Shown: one piece after another, positions 1 through 8,190 of the stretch
How positions within the stretch are numbered: the stretch's first letter is position 1
How the letters are laid out: every line of letters starts with the position of its first letter
Source of the DNA: an uncultured Christensenella sp.
Lineage (GTDB): Bacteria > Bacillota > Clostridia > Christensenellales > Borkfalkiaceae
Assembly (NCBI GenBank): GCA_910578195.1
Contig: CAJTOY010000001.1
Span: forward strand, 422,040 to 486,039
Length of the DNA: 64,000 nucleotides
Direction of reading: 5' to 3'
The notes under the pieces: generated by a model
What the model saw: only the letters and a program-made list of their open reading frames with translations
What the model was told of the DNA's origin: nothing
Database searches by the model: none
Made by a program: the position numbers and the translations under genes

Positions 1-518
1 TTGCGTGCTGTTCTTTATTCCTATTTTATAACCAACCACCGCTCTTGAATACAAATCTAAAATAACGCAGATATAAAAATTCTTTTCTTTTAATCTAAAC
101 ATCGTAATATCGCTTACCCATACTTGATTGGGCTTTAAAGGATTAAACTGTTGCTGTAACAAATTGCGGTTTCTTTTCTTCTCTTTATCATAAAGCTCTT
201 CGCTTCCTGCCGAATGCTTTTAATGCCCATATCCCGCATTAAGAGTCTTACTGTTTTTTCGCCTGCTTTTACCCCTTGTTCTTTTAAAACAGCCATTATT
301 TTACCTGCTCCAAATATCTGATGGCTGTCGTCGTAAATTTTTTGTATTTTCTCTCTCAATTCTTCTTTCCGCTGAACATAAACCGTGTTTTGCTTTTTGT
401 TTCTTAAAACGTGGTTATAGAAAGTTCCCCTTGACACGTTTAACGCCTCGCACAAAATATGTACGCTATGCTGTCCGTACAATTCCTCTAATGCGTACAA
501 TTTTTCTTTCAACGGCAA
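1..518 (-). pseudogene. IS3-family transposase OrfB (HTH_21-like N-terminus plus DDE core), disrupted
   Basis: The 135..518 ORF (..LCEALNVSRGTFYNH..IFGAGKIMAVLKEQG..RLLMRDMGIKSIRQ) stops at TAA 135-137. The expected continuation ELYDKEKKRNRNLLQQQFNPLKPNQVWVSDIT is open in the -1 frame, which implies a 1-nt indel near 195-205. The window edge truncates it. Confidence 0.7.
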
Positions 519-560
519 ACTGTAACTGCAGTTTACCGTTTTAAAGATTTGAATAATTTC

Positions 561-767
561 TTATAAACGCTTAACTTTGCCCTGCAATCTTTTATAACTT
601 ACTATGCTTATAACATTTCCCTTATCCTTTTGTACTTCACGAAACTGCTTAACCCACAAATACAGCGCACTACGAGATATGCCTATTTCGCTAATTACTG
701 CCGTTGCACTTTCGCCCGATAAATACCTCTTTACGGCAAGTTCTTTTTGTTCTTTTGTTTTTCTCAT
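561..767 (-). CDS. IS3-family transposase OrfA (helix-turn-helix)
   Basis: MRKTKEQKELAVKRYLSGESATAVISEIGISRSALYLWVKQFRE is a typical IS3/IS150 OrfA HTH. ATG at 767 is preceded by TGGAGG. The ORF ends at TAA 561-563. Confidence 0.75.
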   Translation of the reverse strand: MRKTKEQKELAVKRYLSGESATAVISEIGISRSALYLWVKQFREVQKDKGNVISIVSYKRLQGKVKRL

Positions 768-915
768 TATTAAACCTCCAAAAATAAAAATATAACCGAG
801 CACGTTTTTCCGATGCTCGGCTATATTTTAACTTAAAAGTACTCTTTTTAATAACCAAACTTGCCTTCGACTATTGATTCCTTATTTGTTCTTAACATTT
901 TAAATTGGCTGATCA

Positions 916-1158
916 TTAAATAAATGGGACTTTAATAATAAATTTGTTTAAGTATTCACCCAATTTCAACAACTGATCACTTAAATCCTCGCTAATTTCA
1001 TTAATGGGTTTATTAAAAATCCTCTCAAAAACCTCAACAACAGGATCGCTTTCCCAATCTTTTTCTAAGAATCCATAGTGAGCACAATATCGACGCAGTG
1101 GATTGAGACAATAAAACTTATCAATACGGTATACAAATCTTTTAAACTCATCATCCAT
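916..1158 (-). CDS. hypothetical protein (80 aa) in the AT-rich islet
   Basis: ATG-initiated ORF. I recognise no family. The call rests on ORF length in AT-rich DNA only. Confidence 0.3.
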   Translation of the reverse strand: MDDEFKRFVYRIDKFYCLNPLRRYCAHYGFLEKDWESDPVVEVFERIFNKPINEISEDLSDQLLKLGEYLNKFIIKVPFI

Positions 1159-1560
1159 ATTAATATTTATCCTTGACCTATCACAAAACTCAATTACTTT
1201 TTAATACCCATTACACTTTCAAAAAGGACTAAAAATTTCACTTTCAAATCTAACCTTTCATCTATATTCACTTTGGTGAATACTTCATTGTAAGAATTAA
1301 CAATACATGAAATATCCATAAAAGCCATCAGAATTGTCTAAATATGATCCAATTTCACAATCAAATATACCGCTACTTAGGTGATAGTTATCAATAGGCT
1401 TATTAATGATACTTGCAATATAATAATTTTTAACATCTTGAGTTAGTATGCAGTTTGATTTTGGATATTTCTTATCAAAAAACTTAAAATATTCCTCTCT
1501 ATTGAAATCGTTTAGACTTTTACAAGTTTTTGGCTTTAAGTCTGCGTATTGTTTAAGAAA

Positions 1561-1797
1561 TTATGACCTTATTTTTTCAACTTTCTCTTTGAACTTTTTA
1601 TCATAAATTTTTAATAAATTATTATTCTCCAAATATTCAATCCCAGAATGAACAAAAACGCATAAATAGGGATTAAATACTTGTAAAATTGCTGATTCAA
1701 AATTGTTATGTATACAAATCTGATAGCAATCCATAATTGCCTTAAAATCATTGATTATTTCAGTTATTGAAGCCTCGTGCAACTGTTTTTCTGTCAT
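1561..1797 (-). CDS. hypothetical protein (78 aa); the reading frame continues past an in-frame TAA to 1297
   Basis: ATG at 1797 is preceded by AGGAAAAA. After TAA (1561-1563) the same frame stays open for 87 more codons (FLKQYADLKPKTCKSLNDFNREEYFKFF...GFYGYFMYC) with no internal ATG. I recognise no family. Confidence 0.35.
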   Translation of the reverse strand: MTEKQLHEASITEIINDFKAIMDCYQICIHNNFESAILQVFNPYLCVFVHSGIEYLENNNLLKIYDKKFKEKVEKIRS

Positions 1798-1966
1798 ATT
1801 TTTCCTATAATATCCTTTAGATTTTAAAAATAGCGCATAGCTGGTACGCTATGCGCTAAATGCTTTATCCACTTCGTGAAGCTATTCCGTTATTTTTTAT
1901 AAAGATAGCATATATAATATTTTTTGTCAAGCAATTTTGTTGGAGTTTATACTGAAATAAACTTAT

Positions 1967-2041
1967 TTAGGGTTCAATCCCTGTGTCTGTCTGCTCCCAT
2001 TTTCGGCGTTTTACTACGCTACTTATCATTCATCATTGACA
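1967..2041 (+). repeat. Copy 1 of a 73-75 nt intergenic repeat, followed by its own hairpin
   Basis: TTAGGGTTCAATCCCTGTGTCTGTCTGCTCCCATTTTCGGCGTTTTACTACGCTACTTATCATTCATCATTGACA. It is followed by the 15-bp stem AATGTCGTATTTTGT/ACAAAATACGACATT (2048-2083) and a T-rich run. Confidence 0.85.
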
Positions 2042-2086
2042 AGAATAATGTCGTATTTTGTCGAAAAACAAAATACGACATTTCTT

Positions 2087-2494
2087 TTATTTCTTTTTAT
2101 AAATTAAATATGACAGTGTTTGATTTACAGATATATAAATATGAACTTCGTTGTTTACAAATTTAGCCCCTTTAATAATAAATGTTGGCACTTCCGAAAA
2201 TCTTATATTGATATCATTTTCAGATATTGTCGCCTTAACGTTTTTTGTTTCTTTGCCGTTCAAAATTACCTTGTCGTCGTTTATAATAATTTTATCACCT
2301 ATACAGTCAATTCCGTTGGCAACGTGCGGGTAGTCGGATAGCGTTTTATCGTTAATATCCAATAAAATACAATCGCCGTTCACGTCTATAACAACTTGTT
2401 TAACGACATAAGTTTCTCCGCTTTCCAAACAACCCGCAAGAATTATACATATCATACTGCATAAAAGTAGTAATATACTAACCGCCTTTTTCAT
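2087..2494 (-). CDS. putative small lipoprotein, unknown function
   Basis: MKKAVSILLLLCSMICIILAGC is a signal peptide with lipobox LAGC. I preferred the ATG at 2494 because the upstream ATG at 2515 has its only AGG directly abutting the start codon. Confidence 0.5.
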   Translation of the reverse strand: MKKAVSILLLLCSMICIILAGCLESGETYVVKQVVIDVNGDCILLDINDKTLSDYPHVANGIDCIGDKIIINDDKVILNGKETKNVKATISENDINIRFSEVPTFIIKGAKFVNNEVHIYISVNQTLSYLIYKKK

Positions 2495-2548
2495 TTCAAT
2501 CTCAATCTTATTCATCCTATGCGTAGCTTGGATAAAACGATATAATAA

Positions 2549-2621
2549 TAAGGTTCAACCCTTGGTCTGTCCGCTACCCATCTCGGCAGTTGAGTACACT
2601 ATTTATCATTCATCATTGACA
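2549..2621 (+). repeat. Copy 2 of the 73-75 nt intergenic repeat, followed by its own hairpin
   Basis: TAAGGTTCAACCCTTGGTCTGTCCGCTACCCATCTCGGCAGTTGAGTACACTATTTATCATTCATCATTGACA. It is followed by the stem AAAGACACACGC/GCGTGTGTCTTT (2624-2670) and TT. Confidence 0.85.
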
Positions 2622-2782
2622 CAAAGACACACGCAAAAAGAGCTTATAAAACTCCGCTGCGTGTGTCTTTTTCCATGCAAAACATCCTTTTTGCGCAAGT
2701 TGAAGCTTGCCATGACAGGATATGATTTTCTTTATCTTGCATTTCCCTGTTTCTGAGTCAGACACAACAAAAAGAGCTTAAT

Positions 2783-2810
2783 AAAAAAACGGACTTCTGT
2801 CCGCTTTTTT
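2783..2810. terminator. Short hairpin flanked by an A-run and a T-run, just downstream of queF
   Basis: AAAAAAACGGACTTCTGTCCGCTTTTTT has a 5-bp CGGAC/GTCCG stem. The A/T flanks make it usable in both directions. Confidence 0.5.
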
Positions 2811-2811
2811 A

Positions 2812-3303
2812 TTATCTGTTATCGACTTTTTCGGGATACATATCATGGTGCGAAAGCCTGTCCCAGGCCACCTGTTCCCACTTGGTCCCCTTTTTGCCAT
2901 AGTTGCAATAGGGGTCTATGGAAATTCCGCCACGGGGCAAAAACTTGCCCCATACCTCTATGTATGCAGGGTCCATCAATTCAATAAGGTCGTTCATTAT
3001 AACGTTCACGCAGTCTTCGTGAAAATCACCGCGGTTTCTGAACCCGAAAAGATACAGTTTTAAAGACTTACTTTCAACCATCTTTTCGCGCGGTACATAC
3101 GAAATATAGACCGTGGCAAAATCGGGCTGCCCCGTTATTGGACAAAGGCTTGTGAATTCGGGACAGTTGAACTTTACGAAGTAATCCCTTCCGGGGTGTT
3201 TATTTACAAACGTTTCCAAAACGGACGGGTCGTAAGTCTGCGGATATTTCGTGTTATTGTTACCGAGCAAGGTTATACCTTCGTTCTGTTTTTCTCTTGG
3301 CAT
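2812..3303 (-). CDS. queF: NADPH-dependent 7-cyano-7-deazaguanine reductase QueF (unimodular type)
   Basis: Shows the QueF motif ESKSLKLYL and the catalytic-Cys context [13 protein letters not shown]. 163 aa, last gene of the que operon. Confidence 0.9.
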   Translation of the reverse strand: MPREKQNEGITLLGNNNTKYPQTYDPSVLETFVNKHPGRDYFVKFNCPEFTSLCPITGQPDFATVYISYVPREKMVESKSLKLYLFGFRNRGDFHEDCVNVIMNDLIELMDPAYIEVWGKFLPRGGISIDPYCNYGKKGTKWEQVAWDRLSHHDMYPEKVDNR

Positions 3304-3304
3304 A

Positions 3305-3991
3305 TCATTCTCCTTTTACTGCCGGATCTTCTATTCCGTTGGCTTTAAATGCCGCGGCGCGGTCGCGGCATGTAGCGCATACGCCGCAAGGTTTTTCGCC
3401 GCCCGAATAACAGCTCCAGGTATATTTATAAGGAACGCCGAGTTCCAGTCCCGTTTTTACAACCTGAGATTTGTTTAAGTTTACAAACGGTGCAATAATT
3501 CTAAGCTGTCCGCCGCTGCCCGTATAAATAGCATCGCCCATAGCGGAATTGAACTTTTCACTGCAATCGGGATAAGCGTTGCCCGCTGCGTCGTCGCTGT
3601 GCGCGCCGTAATATATCACCTCGCAACCGTAAGAAAGAGCCACGCTTGCCGCCGCCGAAAGAAACAGTCCGTTCCTGAAAGGAACGTAGGTTGAAACGGG
3701 TTTGCCGCCCGTTACAGAAATCTGTTCGGCATAGCTTTGCAGAGGTATATCATTGGACGAATCCGCCAAGAGCGAACAGTCCGAACCTTCGAATATGACC
3801 GAAAGGTCAAGCCGCTTTAAATCAACGCCGTAAAAGCCGGCAACTTTTTGCGCCGCATCAAGCTCTTTGCTGTGTGTCTGTCCGTAGTAAACGGAAAGGG
3901 CGCAAACTTCCGCCGCGCCGTATTTTTGAACCGCCAGCCCAAGGCAAGTTGCGCTGTCCACGCCGCCGCTCAATAAAACAAGTGCTTTCAT
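3305..3991 (-). CDS. queC: 7-cyano-7-deazaguanine synthase QueC
   Basis: Has the N-terminal PP-loop [11 protein letters not shown] and the C-terminal zinc cluster [14 protein letters not shown] overlap with folE. Confidence 0.9.
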   Translation of the reverse strand: MKALVLLSGGVDSATCLGLAVQKYGAAEVCALSVYYGQTHSKELDAAQKVAGFYGVDLKRLDLSVIFEGSDCSLLADSSNDIPLQSYAEQISVTGGKPVSTYVPFRNGLFLSAAASVALSYGCEVIYYGAHSDDAAGNAYPDCSEKFNSAMGDAIYTGSGGQLRIIAPFVNLNKSQVVKTGLELGVPYKYTWSCYSGGEKPCGVCATCRDRAAAFKANGIEDPAVKGE

Positions 3992-4560
3992 ACCCTGTCC
4001 CCCAAAAGATTTTGCAAAGAAACGTCATCTTTAAACGCGCCGAAATAAGTTTTGGTGACCGTTTTTGACGATACGTTTTTTATCCCACGCGAAGTCATAC
4101 AGCTGTGACAGCCTTCTATTCTGACGCCGACGTCGGGCGATAAAGCCGCAAGCGAAATTATTTCGGCAATGTCCCGCCCCAGTCGCTCCTGCAATTGCAG
4201 CCGTTTTGCCGCCATATCGCAAATACGCGCTATTTTACTCAATCCCAGAACTCTTCCGCGCGGAACGTACGCCACGTCGACTTTCATATCGTACATAAGC
4301 GCCATATGATGCTCGCAATAGCTGAATACGCTTATGTCCTTTATTACCACTGCACCGCCCGAATTCGTGTCGGTCGGAATTTCAAACGTTTTTCCGAACA
4401 TTTCCGCAATTTCGCGGTTGGTGTATCTAATCCCCTCAAACGCTTCTTCGTACATTCGCGCTACGCGTGCGGGCGTTTCCCGCAAACCTTCCCTGTCGGG
4501 GTCTTCGCCTATGGCGACCAATAACCCGCGGATATGTTTTTCGATTTCTTTAATATCCAT
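3988..4560 (-). CDS. folE: GTP cyclohydrolase I FolE
   Basis: FSYCEHHMALMY, GLSKIARI and RLQLQERL are typical FolE (type IA) blocks. 190 aa. Confidence 0.9.
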   Translation of the reverse strand: MDIKEIEKHIRGLLVAIGEDPDREGLRETPARVARMYEEAFEGIRYTNREIAEMFGKTFEIPTDTNSGGAVVIKDISVFSYCEHHMALMYDMKVDVAYVPRGRVLGLSKIARICDMAAKRLQLQERLGRDIAEIISLAALSPDVGVRIEGCHSCMTSRGIKNVSSKTVTKTYFGAFKDDVSLQNLLGDRV

Positions 4561-4568
4561 ACTTTCTC

Positions 4569-5234
4569 CTATACCCCGCGCTTATCGGGTTCCCAGATAA
4601 TTTTATGCAATTGTAATTGCAAGCGTACGCCGTTAAGCTTGCGCTCTTTCATAAACTCCGCTATTTCTACCGGTTTGATTTTTCCGAAAACGGGGCTGAA
4701 ATAAACGCGGCATCTGTCTGTAAGTCCGTACTCGTTTATAATCTCTTCCGCACGCAACAAATCGCACTTATCCCCGACGACAAACTTAACCGCGTCCCGC
4801 AACGTAAGATAAGAAAAGTTTTCCGTCAGCATAAGTTTTTCCATTCCGCTTGAAGGAAGTTTATAATCGGCGGTAACGGCGGGGCGTGGTGCAATTGAAA
4901 CGATATTTTTCAACGGCATGCTTCCGTTGGTTTCTATTTCGACTTCCGCGCCGGACGCGCCCAGCAGTTTTATAAGATACGTAATATCCGTCTGTAAAAG
5001 CGGCTCGCCGCCCGTCAGGGTAACGTTTTTTACTCCCGTTGATTTCACGTATGCAACAAGCTCTTCCGCAGAAACAAATTCGCATTTTACGTCGGCGGTA
5101 TTTGCCCAGCGCGTGTCGCAGTAGCCGCAATTTAAATTGCAGCCGCAAAACCGAAGAAATACGGCAAGCTCGCCCGCGCGCGGACCTTCGCCGTTTATGC
5201 TTACAAATTTTTCGGCAACTTTAAAACCCGACAT
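4569..5234 (-). CDS. queE: 7-carboxy-7-deazaguanine synthase QueE (radical SAM)
   Basis: Shows FVSINGEGPRAG and the cluster motif CGCNLNCGYCDT. The ORF track starts at GTG 5255. I prefer ATG 5234, which is preceded by GGTGAGTGAT and removes the overlap with queD. Confidence 0.85.
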   Translation of the reverse strand: MSGFKVAEKFVSINGEGPRAGELAVFLRFCGCNLNCGYCDTRWANTADVKCEFVSAEELVAYVKSTGVKNVTLTGGEPLLQTDITYLIKLLGASGAEVEIETNGSMPLKNIVSIAPRPAVTADYKLPSSGMEKLMLTENFSYLTLRDAVKFVVGDKCDLLRAEEIINEYGLTDRCRVYFSPVFGKIKPVEIAEFMKERKLNGVRLQLQLHKIIWEPDKRGV

Positions 5235-5235
5235 A

Positions 5236-5655
5236 TCACTCACCGTATACCGCACAGTTTTCTGGCGATTCGTACACTGTCACGCTGAAAACAGGCATGC
5301 CCTTTTTATTAAGGTCGGCATATATGTACGCGGCAAAGTTTTCGGCGGTGGGTCTGAAATCCGTTTCAACCAATGAAAACCCTTCTTCTTCGAGCGCGGC
5401 AATGGTTACAGGTTTAAGGGTGTTCTTTTCGTAAATAAGCGTATGGTCAAAACTTTCCGCAAGTTCTTTAACCGCCTTCTTAAAATCGCCGAAGTCAAGA
5501 AGCATACCGCGCTTTTCGCCGCTTTCCTGCAATTTGCCGCCGCTTATCTTTACTTCTACAATCCAGTGGTGACCGTGAATATTTGCGCACTTACCGTTGT
5601 ATCCGTGAAGAAAGTGCGCGCTGTCAAAACAAGCCGAAGTTTTTAAATAATACAT
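5236..5655 (-). CDS. queD: 6-carboxy-5,6,7,8-tetrahydropterin synthase QueD
   Basis: FDSAHFLHGYNGKCANIHGHHW shows the PTPS-family zinc His motifs. The start is moved to ATG 5655 (MYYLKTS), preceded by GGGAGAG. The upstream part of the track ORF lies inside the leader terminator. Confidence 0.85.
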   Translation of the reverse strand: MYYLKTSACFDSAHFLHGYNGKCANIHGHHWIVEVKISGGKLQESGEKRGMLLDFGDFKKAVKELAESFDHTLIYEKNTLKPVTIAALEEEGFSLVETDFRPTAENFAAYIYADLNKKGMPVFSVTVYESPENCAVYGE

Positions 5656-5671
5656 TTCTCTCCCTTTGCGT

Positions 5672-5704
5672 AAAAAAGTACAGCCGCGACAAAACGACTG
5701 CACC
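5672..5704 (-). terminator. Leader (attenuator) terminator between the preQ1 aptamer and queD
   Basis: On the minus strand: GGTGCAGTCGTTTTGTCGCGGCTGTACTTTTTT. The 9-bp stem includes two G-U pairs and is followed by T6, 17 nt upstream of the queD start. Confidence 0.65.
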
Positions 5705-5729
5705 TAAAAAGACTATTCCCATTCAGATG

Positions 5730-5772
5730 CCCTGGTTTTGTTTAACGACAGGATGGCGCAAACGAACTGTCC
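5730..5772 (-). promoter_or_regulatory. preQ1-I-like riboswitch aptamer
   Basis: On the minus strand: GGACAGUUCGUUUGCGCCAUCCUGUCGUUAAACAAAACCAGGG. It has a 5-bp P1 (GACAG/CUGUC), UUCG right after the 5' arm, a C just before the 3' arm, and the A-rich tail UAAACAAAAC..GG, as in the T. tengcongensis aptamer tail UUAACAAAACAAGG. The loop is longer than in the Bsu/Tte aptamers as I recall them. It sits directly upstream of a que operon. Confidence 0.6.
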
Positions 5773-5786
5773 GTTTAATTTGTTAT

Positions 5787-5815
5787 ATAATACCACGCCT
5801 CAATGCGTTTGTCAA
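5787..5815 (-). promoter_or_regulatory. Sigma-A-type promoter of the que operon
   Basis: On the minus strand: TTGACA (5815-5810), 17-nt spacer, TATTAT (5792-5787), with TG two nt upstream of the -10 box. Confidence 0.6.
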
Positions 5816-5862
5816 CTCAACCGAAGCGCTTTCACGCCGCTTAGTTTCAAAATAGCGGCTAA

Positions 5863-5936
5863 TTAGGTTCAATCCCTGTGTCTGACTGCTACCCTGTTCG
5901 GTGTTTAAATACGCTACTTATCATTCATCATTGACA
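5863..5936 (+). repeat. Copy 3 of the 73-75 nt intergenic repeat, followed by its own hairpin
   Basis: TTAGGTTCAATCCCTGTGTCTGACTGCTACCCTGTTCGGTGTTTAAATACGCTACTTATCATTCATCATTGACA. It is followed by AAAAGAAAAGG-GATT-CCTTTTCTTTT and a T-run (5938-5970). Confidence 0.85.
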
Positions 5937-6003
5937 AAAAAAAGAAAAGGGATTCCTTTTCTTTTTTTGTGGCAAAAATTGGAAAAATTCATAGGAGAAG
6001 CAA

Positions 6004-6666
6004 ATGACTAACGCCGAAGTTCAACAGATAGCAAAGCAAACAATGGACTTTATCAAATTGCAAATAAAGGTTGGAATGAGCTTGCAAGAATTAAGACAAA
6101 TAGCCGAAAGTAAAATGCTTTCTCTCGGCGCAACTTCTTTTTGGTATTGGGATATAGGCGCATTTGTTTTTTCTGACGACGATACATCGCTGTCCGTGTC
6201 GGGGAAACACTATCAGACTGCCAACACACTTATTAAAGTAAACGATATAATTACAATAGATTTAAGTCCGCAAGTCGGAAATATTTGGGGCGACTACGCA
6301 AGAACTATCATTATTGAAAACGGCGTCGTCGTGGACGATATAAATAAAATAAGCAAAGCCGAATGAAAAAACGGCTTGCTTATGGAAGAAAAGCTGCATT
6401 GTGAATTGTTATCATACGCTAAACCCGAAACGACATTTGAAGAATTGTATTCACATATAAATGAATTTATCGCGGCGAGCGGATATGTAAATTTAGATTT
6501 TTTAGGCAACTTAGGACATTCGATTGTAACTCATAAAGACGACAGAATTTATATTGAAAAAGGCAACACAGCAACCCTTGGAAGCGTGAAATGCTTTACA
6601 TTCGAGCCGCATATTGCAGTTAAAGGCTCAAAGTACGGTTTTAAAAAAGAAAATATATTGCTTTGA
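6004..6666 (+). pseudogene. M24-family metallopeptidase (catalytic domain only), split by one in-frame TGA
   Basis: ORFs 6004..6366 and 6376..6666 share a frame and are separated only by TGA 6364-6366. Together they carry the M24 metal-ligand blocks IDLS..GDYART, GHSI, FTFEPH and GFKKEN. Confidence 0.7.
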
Positions 6667-6801
6667 AAATTCTATTTTGAAAGAGACATGAATTAAACGT
6701 AACTGTTACGCTTGACATCGGATAAAACCTAAAACATTATTGTTTCGGGTTTTATCTTTTTTTGTTTGATTTTTTTATCACAAGGCGATATAATCTTTAA
6801 A

Positions 6802-8190
6802 ATGACAAACACCACCGAACAGCTCGCAAACGGCAAAATTTTGCCGTTGATATTCAAACTGACTATTCCCGCCGTAATCGCACAGCTTATCACTTTTCTA
6901 TATAATATTGTCGACAGAATGTTTGTCGCAAAAATAGAAGGTTCGGGCATGGACGCGCTTGCGGCGCTAGGAATAGTTTTACCCATTACTCTTATTATTC
7001 AGGCTTTCGCCAACCTAGTCGGAATGGGCGGTTCTCCGCGAGCGAGCATTAAGCTCGGGGAAAACGATAATATCGAAGCGAATAAAATTTTTAATACATC
7101 GGTAATTTTACTTACTATAATATCCGTTGTTTTGAGCTTGCTGACTCTGTTCCTTGCAAAACCGCTTGTAATTTTTTTCGGTTGTCCGCCGAGCGCCGTG
7201 GAATTCGCCGCCGCGTACCTTAAAGTCTACTCTCTGGGAACGTTCTTCGTTTTGCTTGCGCAAGGACTTAATCCTTTTATCACGGCGCAAGGGCACTCTT
7301 TCACTGCAATGTTTTCGGTACTGATAGGCGCAATAATAAATATCGCGCTCGACCCGCTGTTCATATTCGTATTCGGGCTCGGCGTAAAGGGCGCAAGCCT
7401 TGCAACCGTCGTTTCGCAAGCCGTTTCGTTCGTATGGATAACCGTGTTTCTGTGCTCGAAAAAAAGTCTGTTCAAGTTGAGCTTCAAGGACATGAAGCTC
7501 AGCGCAAAACGAATTTTCAGCATATTTTCGCTCGGATTTACGCCGTTTATTATGATTTCCACCGAGTGCGCGATACAGATTGTGTTCAATATCAATCTGA
7601 ATAATTCCACGGGAGGAAACAAGGATTATACGGCGGCGCTCACGATTATGCTGAGCGCACTGCAACTTATTTCGTTACCGCTCAACGGATTAGGCAGCGG
7701 AATGCAACCGTTCGTAAGTTATAATTACGGCACGGGCAACGCCGAGCGTCTTAAAAAAGGTATAAAATACGTTACGATAATCGCATTCATTTTCGCCGTG
7801 GTTATCTGGACGGTTTCAATGGCGGCGCCTTCCCTTTACGCTTATTTATTTTCCGCAAGCGACAGCGTAACGCAAATAGTCAAAGACTACTCCCCTCTGT
7901 TTTTGATGGGGTCGATTATGTTTTTCGTGCAGATGACCTTACAAAACGTCAACGTCGCGTTGGGACAAGCCAAATCGGCGCTGATACTTGCCGTTTTGAG
8001 AAAGGTTATAATTCTTATCCCCCTCTGCTTTGCGCTTACGCATTTTCTCGGGTTTAAAGGCGTGTATATGTCGGAAGGCATAGCCGACTTTATTGCCGGC
8101 GCGATAACCTCGGTAGTAATATTCGTTACCTTCCCGAGGGTGTTTAAAAAACGTGAAAACGAAGTCAAGCTGAAAAACGCCGAAAAATGA
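6802..8190 (+). CDS. MATE-family efflux transporter
   Basis: About 460 aa and 12-TM-like. The N-terminus GKILPLIFKLTIPAVIAQL and the internal duplication are typical of MATE/NorM. The track ORF begins at TTG 6766; the first ATG is at 6802. Confidence 0.85.
   Translation: MTNTTEQLANGKILPLIFKLTIPAVIAQLITFLYNIVDRMFVAKIEGSGMDALAALGIVLPITLIIQAFANLVGMGGSPRASIKLGENDNIEANKIFNTSVILLTIISVVLSLLTLFLAKPLVIFFGCPPSAVEFAAAYLKVYSLGTFFVLLAQGLNPFITAQGHSFTAMFSVLIGAIINIALDPLFIFVFGLGVKGASLATVVSQAVSFVWITVFLCSKKSLFKLSFKDMKLSAKRIFSIFSLGFTPFIMISTECAIQIVFNINLNNSTGGNKDYTAALTIMLSALQLISLPLNGLGSGMQPFVSYNYGTGNAERLKKGIKYVTIIAFIFAVVIWTVSMAAPSLYAYLFSASDSVTQIVKDYSPLFLMGSIMFFVQMTLQNVNVALGQAKSALILAVLRKVIILIPLCFALTHFLGFKGVYMSEGIADFIAGAITSVVIFVTFPRVFKKRENEVKLKNAEK

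Larger units (their letters stand above)
1..803 (-). mobile_element. IS3-family insertion sequence, partial (runs off the window start) and degenerate
   Basis: An OrfA-type HTH ORF (561..767) is followed by an OrfB-type ORF (135..518). The reverse complement of 1..132 translates to PNQVWVSDITMFRLKEKNFYICVILDLYSRAVVGYKIGIKNSTQ, the typical start of an IS3 DDE integrase core. The outer boundary and inverted repeats cannot be determined from one end. Confidence 0.8.

Noticed and set aside
135-563. The frame arrangement of the IS3 ORFs considered as a functional programmed -1 frameshift.
   Set aside because: OrfA and OrfB are in the same frame, separated by TAA. The actual -1 frame break (about 195-205) lies inside OrfB, far from the usual OrfA/OrfB overlap, and has no X-XXY-YYZ slippery heptamer. 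Mutational decay is more likely.
1967-2041. GGTTCAATCC inside the three-copy repeat looks like a tRNA T-loop. This raised the idea that the copies are tRNA 3' fragments or att sites of integrated elements.
   Set aside because: The flanks do not form a consistent 5-bp T-stem across copies. There is no 7-nt acceptor strand or CCA at the right distance (copy 3 lacks CCA altogether). No integrase gene is nearby.
4861-5148. Overlapping same-strand and opposite-strand ORFs of 60-110 aa inside the que genes. Many similar short ORFs occur throughout the track.
   Set aside because: They are embedded in well-supported longer genes in other frames, are Arg-rich or otherwise compositionally skewed, and lack ribosome-binding sites.
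6364-6366. The in-frame TGA in the M24 peptidase read as selenocysteine or as evidence for a TGA-sense genetic code.
   Set aside because: TGA is used as the real stop of the neighbouring ORFs (6664-6666, 8188-8190) and of queC, folE and AraC. The sequence after the TGA forms only a weak 5-bp stem and does not convince as a SECIS element. No Cys is expected at this position in M24 enzymes.
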